The position numbers and the translations under genes were made by a program. A stretch of DNA of 63,151 nucleotides, filler included, from Hausera hauseri (taxonomy: Eukaryota), in NCBI GenBank assembly GCA_046269625.1. It is 11 parts of 11 records of this genome, joined end to end, with 100 filler letters (N's around TTAATTAATTAA, not from the genome) between each part and the next. Parts side by side here need not be neighbours in the genome. Positions count along the whole stretch, not along the records: positions 1 to 5,480 come from JBJURY010245627.1; positions 5,581 to 10,385 come from JBJURY010429141.1; 9 more parts are not named here. The stretch is one strand, 5' to 3'. The first letter of the stretch is position 1; each line of letters begins with the position of its first letter. The notes beneath the pieces are model-generated. The model saw only the letters and a list, made by a program, of their open reading frames with translations, made no database searches and had not been told where the DNA came from. Below, one piece after another: positions 1 through 10,060 of the stretch.

Positions 1-1
1 T

Positions 2-418
2 TTTCAATATTTATATGTTGTATTATACATAGGTATTGCTATAATAATATGCGTTTGCTACTTTCAAATAGCTTATTTAGCATTCAAACACAAAAAAGCA
101 GCAATCGCTCGGAGACATCACAATCAAGAATCCACAGGAGACGTTGAGTTGAGAAATAATCGTGTAGCGGCCATGAGGAGTGTCAAGTTTTTTGTTCTCA
201 TGTTTGGATTTTTTCTGTTTTGTACCTTTACACCAGAATTAGTTTCAACCGTAGGCCAAACTTACACGTTCTCAAATAATATTTACCTTGGCTTTTACTT
301 TCTGATTCCAATTCATTCCGTTATAAATTTTGTAATTTACGTAAATATGAGCAAACAATTTTTGACAGCTCTGAATAGATCATTTACAGATATTAAGAGG
401 ATTTTTAATTACGAGTAA
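2..418 (+). CDS. 3' part (TM5-TM7 plus helix 8) of a class A rhodopsin-like GPCR, truncated by the window start
   Basis: Frame 2 is open from base 2. It reads FQYLYVVLYIGIAIIICVCYFQIAYLAFKHKK (TM5, CYxxI), a basic loop, KFFVLMFGFFLFCTFTP (TM6, CxxP-like), HSVINFVIY (NPxxY variant) and SKQF (helix 8), then stops at 416-418. Confidence 0.8.
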   Translation, partial: FQYLYVVLYIGIAIIICVCYFQIAYLAFKHKKAAIARRHHNQESTGDVELRNNRVAAMRSVKFFVLMFGFFLFCTFTPELVSTVGQTYTFSNNIYLGFYFLIPIHSVINFVIYVNMSKQFLTALNRSFTDIKRIFNYE

Positions 419-659
419 AAAAATAAGGACATAAAATATAGATAAAACATATTAACACATACTGGCAGATATAAATGTAAACTATATGCGGCCCCCATTT
501 ATATTCCTTTTCAGCCTTTCATTCGCAACACTGCTTTATGAAGAAACAAATACAGAGTGATTGATTTCTAAGTAAAAGAAAGATTTCACTAGTGTGTTAT
601 ATTTTTAACTTTTTACCTTGTTCAGTATTTCTAATGCTATTTCCCTGTTTCGCATAATG

Positions 660-930
660 TATAGTTTCCATTCATTAACCAGCTAAAAGCCAGTAAGAAT
701 AGCACTGGTGACAAGATACATCCCTGTCTCATTCCAGTTTGTACTCCAAAAGAATCAGAGGTGATTACCACAAATGACATGCAGTTGAATCCTTCATAAA
801 TCATTTTGATAACATTTACAATTTTATCTGGAGGGAATCCGTGCCGTCTAAGGAATTTCCAAATAGAGTATATATCTATACTGTGAAAGCTTTCTGAGAA
901 TCTATGAATAATGCATACACTGTGCTCTTT
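660..930 (-). mobile_element. RTE-clade LINE reverse transcriptase fragment
   Basis: Minus-strand translation gives FIDSQKAF...IWKFLRRHG...SDSFGVQTGMRQGCILSPVLF, matching the DFxKAFD and GVRQGCILSP motifs of non-LTR RTs. Confidence 0.75.
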
Positions 931-1124
931 AGTTCATTTGATTGTTCCAGTGTTTGTCCCGTACAGATATACGTATGACAGCCGTCTATTGGGGGATGGG
1001 AGCCGTTGGGATAACGGAGACCCATTTTTTATCTCGACAGTTGGAATGAATCAAAAGAGAAAATCTGGTCGCCACCATCACTATCTGTCTAAGCACACAT
1101 CATCTAGCAAGTGAGGTGGCACCA

Positions 1125-1386
1125 ACAAACGTTCTCCATTGATTTGATTTGATTTGTAGCACCAAGTGCAGAATATCTCCACTATTTCAGGCTAGGCCTT
1201 CCTCGTTAGTTCTCTGGCTCTAGTTGCCTAAAATGTTCAGCGCCTTGCAATCTTTGAAATGTCCTCAATATATTTTCTGAGGACATGTCCGATCCATCCA
1301 GGACCGTCGTTCTCATTGGACAACCAATACAGGCTCAAATAGATATACAGAGACGAACTGAGGTAAAATTCAATGGCAAACATAAC
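1125..1386 (-). mobile_element. Short non-autonomous RTE-derived element, copy 1
   Basis: Reverse complement of 3590-3854. It encodes remnants WIGHVLRK and QWRTFVGA typical of an RTE ORF C-terminus and has a (AAATC)n run. Confidence 0.65.
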
Positions 1387-2109
1387 ATTTCCATTTGACT
1401 CATACACATACACCAGAACTAAAGAACTAAGTAGTTTTCATAAAACAAATTACTTGCCAGGACATTTTTCTTCAGATCCAAGCATGCATGGTATATTTAT
1501 CACCAATGCTGGTTACATGTACCGAGCCAGGAATTGGATTCTTAACCGTGTAGACTCTGAAACCTCAGAGTAATATCGACGAAATGGAGCAACGATAGCG
1601 TAGTCAGCAGTATAGCAGGGGTAAAATAGGTGTGTTTTCAGGATGCAATAGGCAGGATATAGCGATTAATTCAGTGTGAATCAGGATGGGTAAGGGGAGA
1701 CAATTTTCGGGAACTTTTTGTATTTGTAAGGGGCGATAAGAAAATATTAAGAGACGGACCACTTTTGGAAAAAATGTTGTAAGGGTAGACAACTCGTGCA
1801 TATATTTTTCTAATGGGGCGCGTAGAAAAAAACCTGGAGGAATCAGGATGGATGATGTCATCTGGTCATCCACACTCCAATGTCGTCCGCTGTGGGGTCA
1901 CCAGGTCAGATGACTTATGGGTATTTTCCCAAACATGTCCAAACATGTTTTTGGGGTTTCCCAAACTTGTTTTGTTCTCGAGCTTTTCCAATCATGCCCA
2001 AGGTCGCATGTTCAGACCTGTTAAGAGGTTCAGGGTTTCCCATTGTCCTTAGATTAATTTTATCCAGAATATTAGGCAGGAAAATTGCGACATTAAAACA
2101 TTAATAGAA

Positions 2110-2722
2110 ATGGATCCTGGGTGGAAGAATCCGTTTATTGCTCTTATCGCGGACCGCTCGGCAGCAGCAAAACCGTATTCGTGTGCGAATTTCTGGCTCA
2201 TATCCCGGATATAGTTGTACCCGCACCAGAAGAGAGTTTATGGTATTACGGGGAGTGGGAGCCAATGTACGAAAGTATGAAGGGCGTTCAATTTAACAAA
2301 GGTTTTCCTTATATGAAGCAATGGTGAGGCGATAAGAAAAGCTTAGTCATCATTGACGACCTGATGTCATAGATCGATGACAGAGTAACTAAACTTTTTA
2401 CGAAGGGAAGTCACCATCGGAATCTCAGCGTCATGTACATCATCCAAAGCCTATTTGGGAAAAATAAGGAACAGCTTACCATATCTCTAAACTCCCATTA
2501 CATTGTTCTTTTCAAAAATCCCCGCGACGGGTCCCAGATTACTCATGGGCCAAACAAATGGACCTGGGTTGAGTTTCATATGTACAAGAAAGCTTCAAAG
2601 ATACGACATCAAAGCCTCACGGTTATTTGCTACTTGATTTTCGACAGGAAACACCAGATCATTTGTGGTTACCCAACACTATTTTTTCTCACGAATATCA
2701 AATTGTTTACTTTCCGAATTGA
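2110..2722 (+). pseudogene. Polinton/adintovirus A32/FtsK-like packaging ATPase, frameshifted
   Basis: MDPGWKNPF..GPLGSSKTVFV (degenerate Walker A), LVIIDDLM (Walker B), FTKGSHHRNLSVMYIIQSLF and ISLNSHYIVLFKNPRD. Confidence 0.9.
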
Positions 2723-2724
2723 CC

Positions 2725-2905
2725 TCTAAGATTACCCGACATGGTGAAATGTTAAATTATTTGTGCAGAGCCAATCCGACCGCTGTCAAATCCGTTATGA
2801 ACCCGCTTCGCTGACTCTTATTCTCGCTCTTTTCGAGTCTTGTCACAATGTTTTAAAAGGTAATGTACCGCTCACCTGACGTCAGAAGAGTCGATTGCGT
2901 TGTTA
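2725..2905 (+). pseudogene. Adintovirus small basic core protein (pVII-like), 3' part lost
   Basis: RHGEMLNYLCRANP...ALFESCHNVLKGNVPLT*RQKSRLR. The NVLKGNVPL motif directly after the ATPase is typical of these elements. Confidence 0.65.
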
Positions 2906-2921
2906 AACTTGTGTTTAAGTC

Positions 2922-3340
2922 ATGGCCAGAAAAATGATTTTGATAGACCCGGGGTTGATAGAGAATCAAAAGTTGTATTTAGCGCCCAATGCCGTTAATG
3001 ACAATTTACGAGATTTAGATAGTCAGATGCAATTAGTTTTTTAAAGGGAAGATTTACACCAACACGACAAAGCCAGACTATATCAGCAAACTTTACAACG
3101 TTATTTGAATCGTCTCCAGCAACACAGACAAAAACTGTTAGGTGTTGTCGACGTTAAACCTCCTCCTCCTTAAGAAACTCCTCCAATGTTACAACCTGTT
3201 AACAAGAAGAAGATACTCAATCACTTAAAATTCTGACATCCACCACCCCCTTCCACTTTAAGGCAGTCTGGAATAGCGGTGTCTCGTACCCCGAGGAAGA
3301 GACATAAAGGAACAAATGCACCAGGCTGGAAATCATGGTC
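2922..3340 (+). pseudogene. Conserved Polinton/adintovirus hypothetical protein, decayed
   Basis: MARKMILIDP...LRDLDSQMQLVF*REDLHQHDKARLYQQTLQRYL, lying between the core protein and the integrase. Confidence 0.6.
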
Positions 3341-3349
3341 CGACAAATA

Positions 3350-4487
3350 AATGCGATTTTACATATCATCATTATGATGCGAAACGCCCTGGCGCTTTTT
3401 CGGGTGCTGCGGCTTTACAACGAGCGATAAAAGCTAATAAAATCATAGAATGGTTATTGAATCAAGACACGCATACATTACATAAACTGATCTGTCAAAA
3501 ATTAAAGAATAACCAGAGGGTATTAATCACCATTTCCAGATTGATCTCATAGATATGCAATAGTTAAAAACCTATAACGACATAATTGCGTTATGTTTGC
3601 CATTGAATTTTACCTCAGTTCGTCTCTATATATCTATTTGAGTGTGTATTGGTTGTCCAATGGGAATGACAGTCCTGGATGGATCGGACATGTCCTCAGA
3701 AAATAAATTGAGGGCATTGCAAAGACTGCAAGGCGATGAAAATTTTCGGCAACTGGAGCCAGATAACTATCAAGGAAGGCCTAGCCTGAAATAGTGGAGA
3801 TATTCTGCACTTGGGTGCTATACAAATCAAATCAAATCAACGGAGAACGTTTGTATAGATGTGTTTAGTAAACTTGCGTGTGCGATTCCTATAAAGACAA
3901 AACGGGAAAAGCATTGGTTGAAGCCGTTAGTAAAATATTTTCTCAACAAACACCAATGATGCTGCAGAGCAACAAAGGTAGTGAATTTCTCAACAAGACT
4001 GTCCATAAGTTTCTCAAAGATCGAGGCGTTCACGTCTTTACGACGGAAAACGAAGATGTTAAATGTGCAATCGTAGAACGATCTAATCGAACCTTAAAAA
4101 AATGTGCCGTTATTTTACAAAAACAAACGGGCACTGATACGTCGACGTAATAGACGATTTGATCCTAAATTACAACCGGTCGTATCACAGAAGAATAATA
4201 AAGGCTGTCTTCCTTCATTGACAGAAGAATTATTTACCGTCTCTCGCATAAACCGAACGATACTCGTGACTTATATGCTCAAAGACGATAACGATGATGA
4301 ACTTTTAGGTTCGTTTTATAACGAAGAAATCCAAAAAAGTAGGAGAGAAGGCAGTTTACAGAATAGAGTCCATAATGCGTAAAAGACGAACTGCAGGCGG
4401 CAAAGAATATTTAGTCAAATGGTTCGATTATTATGCCTCATTCAACGCTGGATTTCAGACAAAGAAACAACGAGATATAAAGACTAG
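3350..4487 (+). pseudogene. Polinton retroviral-like integrase with C-terminal chromodomain, interrupted by an RTE-derived insertion
   Basis: HYDAKRPGAFSG..WLLNQDTHTLHK; DLIDMQ [insertion] IDVFSK; LQSNKGSEF; KCAIVERSNRTLK; GSFYNEEIQK; chromodomain YRIESIM..KEYLVKW. Confidence 0.9.
3590..3854 (+). mobile_element. Short non-autonomous RTE-derived element, copy 2, inserted in the Polinton integrase
   Basis: Inverted homolog of 1125-1386 that splits the integrase between DLIDMQ and IDVFSK. Confidence 0.7.
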
Positions 4488-4488
4488 A

Positions 4489-4735
4489 ATGGCAGAAGAA
4501 GCCGCTACCCCTGATGACAGAATAGAAAGAAGATCCGTTTCATATTGATTTGGTCAACTTGTTCCGCGTGTACAAGTGGTGTTTATTTCGCAACTTTTGG
4601 CAACATATACCGTTATAGGTGTTCCTCTCTTCAGTATGACTACAGGCAATGAACAGGAAAACAAGTTGTGGATGGTTTTACTGTATAGTTCTCTCGGCTA
4701 TCTTTTACCTAATCCAAGACAAGATCACAACAATA
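4489..4735 (+). pseudogene. Adintovirus small two-transmembrane protein
   Basis: VPRVQVVFISQLLATYTVIGV...KLWMVLLYSSLGYLLPNP. The C-terminal SSLGYLLPNP motif recurs in these elements. Confidence 0.65.
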
Positions 4736-5480
4736 ATGAGGTTTTACGTGACATTACCAAACAATGCATCCATTTCGACTTTTAGGATAACAAAGCCGGT
4801 CACTTTTTCGTTAAACTTCCACAAACAAAATATAGAGTCCACTACCAATTACAAGTCGGATGGGCCGAAATTGAATTCCCTAATAGTTATTTTAATGTCT
4901 TAGAAACGAAGTGTGGATAAATTACTTTCCACACAAGAACAGTAACAAGCCATCATTTAAAATTACACTAAATGCCGGTCACTACAATTCACGTGACACT
5001 TTTATTGACAAATTAAAGAGACTTTTGCTTACCCGTAATACGTAACGAACTGGCGCCATTTAAAATCCATTAACGCAAAGCCAAGAAAACTAATTTACTT
5101 GAACGATTCGAGTCGGTGCGTAAATTATTATTAGCGAAAAGTTGAAAAATATACTGGGATTGCCAAAAATCCAAATAACAGCCAATAACCAACTTCTACT
5201 AGGCATGGTGAAGATGAACCTGAACAGCGATTTAAGTAATGTGTACGTGTACTGCGATTTAGTGGCTGAAGTACCTGTGAGAGGTATTATGGTCCCTTTG
5301 TTACATATGTTCCATTTTTTGATAGGAATTTGATTTCACTCTTTCGAATTTACAAGCCTCATTACTTACCTCTAAATAAGTTTTCTTTCGATACGGTAGA
5401 AGCGCTTTAAACCAACGATCAAGGGAAACGTATTTCATTTACGAGTGGGACGTCGGTGTTGACACTCCATTTTCGAACAA
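4736..5480 (+). pseudogene. Polinton/adintovirus minor capsid protein (penton), frameshifted
   Basis: N-terminal MRFYVTLPNNAS..DNKAGHFFVKLP; VYVYCDLV..IMVPLL; HYLPL..FDTVE..NDQGKRISF..SVLTLHFR at the contig end. Confidence 0.85.
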
Positions 5481-5580
5481 NNNNNNNNNNNNNNNNNNNN
5501 NNNNNNNNNNNNNNNNNNNNNNNNTTAATTAATTAANNNNNNNNNNNNNNNNNNNNNNNNNNNNNNNNNNNNNNNNNNNN
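5481..5580. other. Artificial contig spacer N44-TTAATTAATTAA-N44. The same spacer is at 10386-10485, 17802-17901, 22920-23019, 27185-27284, 34307-34406, 40344-40443, 45031-45130, 49377-49476 and 58256-58355
   Basis: Identical 100-nt N blocks with a central palindrome that gives stops in all six frames. Confidence 0.98.
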
Positions 5581-6070
5581 GACTTCAATTTAAACTATGT
5601 GCGACAAGAAACCAAATGAGCTCCAGGATTTCGATCCGCCGACTTTGCCGAGCAAAGTCTTCTTTACTCAAGTAATGAATTAAGTGAATATAGAAGACCT
5701 ACTCAGACACAAAACACAGAGCAAAAGACGACTGACAGAAGGACTCAACCTCAGCCAGTCCGTTGTTAGGCATGTAGACAAATGAGACACATTCGACGAG
5801 ATTGTCCTAACGTAGCATGCTCACACTTCAATCGACGAGGTCACTTCCATTATCAATGTTACGAACTGCATCCAGAACGTTGAAATAGGAGAAACGTTGC
5901 CAAAATCACTGCAACCAATTGTGAAAGGGACGAATAACGTGAAAATGGACAAGATATTCTAAACACGGAATACCCAAAAGGATCTGCTCCACTACTAGAG
6001 GACGTAGGTGGAGCCACGGTAAAGTAGTGACTGATTGTCTGAGAGAAAGTAATTCGAATGCGTGTGTTAA
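5581..6070 (+). mobile_element. LTR retrotransposon gag fragment with two CCHC zinc knuckles
   Basis: VRC*ACRQMRHIRRDCPNVACSHFNRRGHFHYQCY at about 5758-5862. Confidence 0.6.
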
Positions 6071-6299
6071 TTGTATTATTGATAACTGAGATTTTTTGAG
6101 TGAATGCGAATGTTGTTTGAATGATTTATATTATAATTATAGTAACGATATTGGTGTAGGCAATTTTCAACATTTTTTATTAATAATAATTGTGGTACCC
6201 ACGTGATGCAACCGGATGCAACGTTTTTGCTCAGATGCTGTCGATATCTGTGACTCTTCGTCTTCCGTCGTGGAGTTTTGCCGTTGGATGGCATCTACC

Positions 6300-7570
6300 G
6301 GTTTTATTTTCTAGATCATTTATGGCAAATAATCATTTCCAATAAATGCCATTTTATCAGAGCATCATTTTTTCCTATCCGTTTTCAATCGATGCTTATC
6401 GAGCATGGAAAAATAACAAAATGATATCTCCAACCACGTTTAACGAAAAAATGCGAAATATCACTCACTCATTACTATAAAAAATGATGTTGAAGGTGCA
6501 TCTACTGTAATATGTTACAACTCAGTCATCAAAGTAACACTTTTCTCTCATGCAATCATCTACTGTCAAGCGAGGTTTGTTTTGGGGATGACTATGCGAA
6601 ATTAAAGCCCTACTACGTGAAATCATACTCACATCATAAACACTTCAACTGTTTCACGTTCGAAGCAGAAAGCCCCGAAATCAAATCCGTCGGCATTATA
6701 GCATCAATGGGACAACCACCGGATTACGCCAATACAGAACATGCTTTTATATATAAGACACTCGATCAGACTAAGGGTTTGAAAACCTTTATTCACGAAC
6801 AAGGAACAAATCCGGATATTGATAATACCGGACTCTATGTTGAACCCGGCAAAATGAATGACATCAGCCACAGGCCTATCGAATTGGAACTGGCAAACAC
6901 TCCAAGGAACCATGCAAAAATGCTGGCATAAATCTCAATTATAAAAATCAAGAATATACATACAACTATGCTCAAGACATTTGCTTCAAGTTTCACGTGC
7001 TGTATAAAATCGTTGATAAGTTCAATTGTATGTATGCATTTTATCCCAGACAAAGACACGCCATACTATGGTAGTCTCATCAATGATTTTAACATAACCG
7101 CATTTTTGAACGACTGTCATGCGTTTCAGAAATTATTAGTGACGATAAATTGAAGGATGAATTACAAAAGGAACGGTGTTTTCAGCGTTGCAGTGATATG
7201 GATTATGAATCATCCATTTCTCCAACAAAATGGTGTGCAACAGAATGGTATCTTCAGTGTAGCAGACTACAAATTTTAGCAAATCGACAAATAAAAGTTG
7301 AGTTTGAGAAGTATAATAATATCAACATTGCTCAAACGAAAACACTCTTACAACCGTGGATTCACATGGAAAATTGTAAATAAAGAAGTGGCACGATCGC
7401 TATCGTTGTCTGTGAATAGTTCTGAATCAGTTCTAGAGAATTTTCAAAATGAATATGGAAACGATGAAAGTCAAAAATTAAATATCAAACGCGACAAAGA
7501 TACATTCCTGTCTACAAATCAAGATCGACAACAGATCATTAACGATAATTTCTACAACACGTACACTGCT
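6300..7570 (+). pseudogene. DEG/ENaC (amiloride-sensitive channel) extracellular-domain fragment, intronless and frameshifted
   Basis: HFNCFTF, GLKTFIHEQGTNP, GLYVEPG, a Cys-rich thumb, and CFQRCSDMDYESSISPTKW spread over several frames. Confidence 0.75.
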
Positions 7571-8079
7571 ACGTCACGACTACTCGTTCCTGATTTGTTT
7601 AGGTTAAATATAATGGATAATTTTAAAAAATGAATAAGTGCCAGAATTGCAAATTGGACCACATCCACCAATCTGGCGTTGTTTTAATGTTATAAAATAT
7701 ATATCACACAACTGAACCTTCAATTGCAATTTCGCTTGATGCCATAAAACTTTGTAAATCTATTAATTAACACTTCAATTGGGAAACCTGTTTCGTTTGG
7801 ATACTTTGTGGAAATACAACTCCGATTTTCAGTTTTTTGTTGAAAACGGATTTGTACATTTACTGCCTGGCAGTTTGTGATGCTATTTTTGGGGAAATAC
7901 ATCACGCCTAGGGTTTATGTTCCCTTACAAAAAATGATTTTGTTATTCAGTGGCAGATTTCCGGGATTCTTTAAATAATTTGGTGCTTGTACAATTGACT
8001 CATTGTGGTCACTTGTGGCACCACGATACCATTCGTCAGGTTACTAAAAGAAAACAACAATAATAACCCCACTGTTCGC

Positions 8080-9630
8080 GTGGACCCCATAGTATATAAT
8101 GTTCTTGGAGACAGACCTGGAATAAATATAAGAATCGGAAATTTGGAAAAATTTTGTTTCCTAGATACTGGAGCAAATATATATGTTATTGATCAAATCA
8201 TTTTAGATCTTAATAATAACGCACAATTCAAAGCTCATAAAAGTTACGTACAACGTGCTAATGGTAGCCCCTTGGAAATTAATGATAAAGCTGAATTACC
8301 GGTTATATGTAACAAAGTGTCGAAACGTATCAGTTTTTTCGTAGAGAAAATTATCTCACCACAAGTAATCCGCAGCATTGAGTTTCTACAATAATTTTGC
8401 ATTCGTCTAACCTTGGCGGATACTGAACAGCAATACTGCATGCCTATAGATGATGTCAGTATTCAAAGTTTGGTGAAAACATTTTATGATATTTTTATAC
8501 AACATCAATGTGATATTGGAAAACGGATACTCTTAGGCACGAAATATGCAAAAAAGGCGACCCCGTCACGCATTTACTTGATAAAATTGAGGAAGCTGTT
8601 AAAAAATTGAGACGTATAGAATTATTAAAAAGTGTGACTCTGAATGGAACGCTCCTTTAGTGTGTGTTTAAGGAAGAAAGACACTATTGATATTCGGCTA
8701 TGCTTACATTTTCATGCTCTTAACGATATTACTTTAAGGCCAAATTTCCCAATGCCGAACATAGAAGAATTATTAGATTTCTTAGGGAAAGCCAGATTTT
8801 TTTCAATATTTGATTTAGGCAATGTAAACTACCAGGTCAAATTAGAAGAAAATTCAAAACTTAAGACAGACTTCAGTACAAAAACTAAACAGTACTGTTT
8901 CAGTAGAATGCCTTTCGGAATTGCCGCAGTGCTCGGCACATTTCAGAAATTAATGAATAAAGTTGTAGGCGATTTGAATTATAAATGTGCTGTGGCGAGC
9001 TTAAATGATATATTAATTTATTCGGAAACGTTGCGGCCCATTATCAGACCCTAGAAGAAGTATATGAGCACATCAGAAAAGCCGGGATAAAAATTAACCC
9101 ATCAAGGTGTCATTGTTTGAAAGACGAAATTAAATTTCTGTGACACATACTTAATAGAAATTGATTGAATTAGGATCCAAATAATGTCAGCGATGTACAG
9201 AATTTCGAAACACCTAAATGTGTAAAACGTTTACGAAGTTTCCTGGGACTTTGCAATTATTATAAATAATTTATTGAAAATTATTTAGAATTCTCAAGAA
9301 CTTTGGAAAGCCTCTGCAAGTCTAAAGAACAGAAGTTGTATTGGTCAAATGTCGCAGAAAAGTCTTTTCAAATTTTGAAAAGTATATTGTGCATTGCTCC
9401 AATTTTAGTATTTCCTGGTTTTACGAAGATTTTCACATTAGACACGGATGCTAGTTTCGATCGCATCGGATCGGTATTGTCTCAAGCAGATGATCAGGGT
9501 AGAGAACATATCATAGCTTATAGGTCTCATTCACTTTCTAACTATGAAATGGGATACTGCATCACGAGAATAGACTTACTTGACGGTTTATTATTCTTGT
9601 GATCATTTTAAGCATTATGATCATTTACCA
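8080..9630 (+). mobile_element. Ty3/gypsy family B pol fragment (protease, RT, RNase H), decayed
   Basis: FLDTGA; IRLCLHFHALN; RMPFGIA; degenerate SLNDILIYS; FTLDTDASFDRIGSVLSQ. It resembles 46480-48804. Confidence 0.9.
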
Positions 9631-9658
9631 CTCGTATATTTCAACTTGTTACATCATG

Positions 9659-10060
9659 TCAAAATGGAAAGCTTTTAAATGAATTCATATAAAATCTTTT
9701 ATCATCAAATGGATCTAGTGCAGTTTTCTTTTGTTCATATAATTGAATATTATGATGATCAGATGACAATCCATAATTTCTTTTATAAATGGTTATATTA
9801 TTAAATAAAACATTTTTATAATCAATAATTGTTAATTTATTATTTTTATTAATACCTTTACATTTTGAACACGTTTTCAATGTTTCATAATCATAACATT
9901 TTGCTTTTAAAAATACCGCTTCTGTTATATAATCATTTTCTGGTAATTCATTTTTTACCTTTCCTAAGACATCTGGAACTACCGATTCTTTCAAATTCTC
10001 TTTAATATTCTCTAATTTATCATGTATTTCAACAATGCATGAATCAGTATTTTTCACAGT
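9659..10060 (-). pseudogene. C-terminus of a Polinton protein-primed family B DNA polymerase, joined in frame to unrelated upstream sequence
   Basis: NTDSC (the YxDTDS position), LGKVKNE..ITEAVFLKAKCY, KGI, and KTALDPFDDKRF..SFPF. Confidence 0.8.

Noticed and set aside
5481-5580. Recurring TTAATTAATTAA palindrome in N runs as a biological repeat
   Set aside because: Identical 100-nt construct at ten places with six-frame stops. It is a concatenation linker, so adjacency across it is meaningless.
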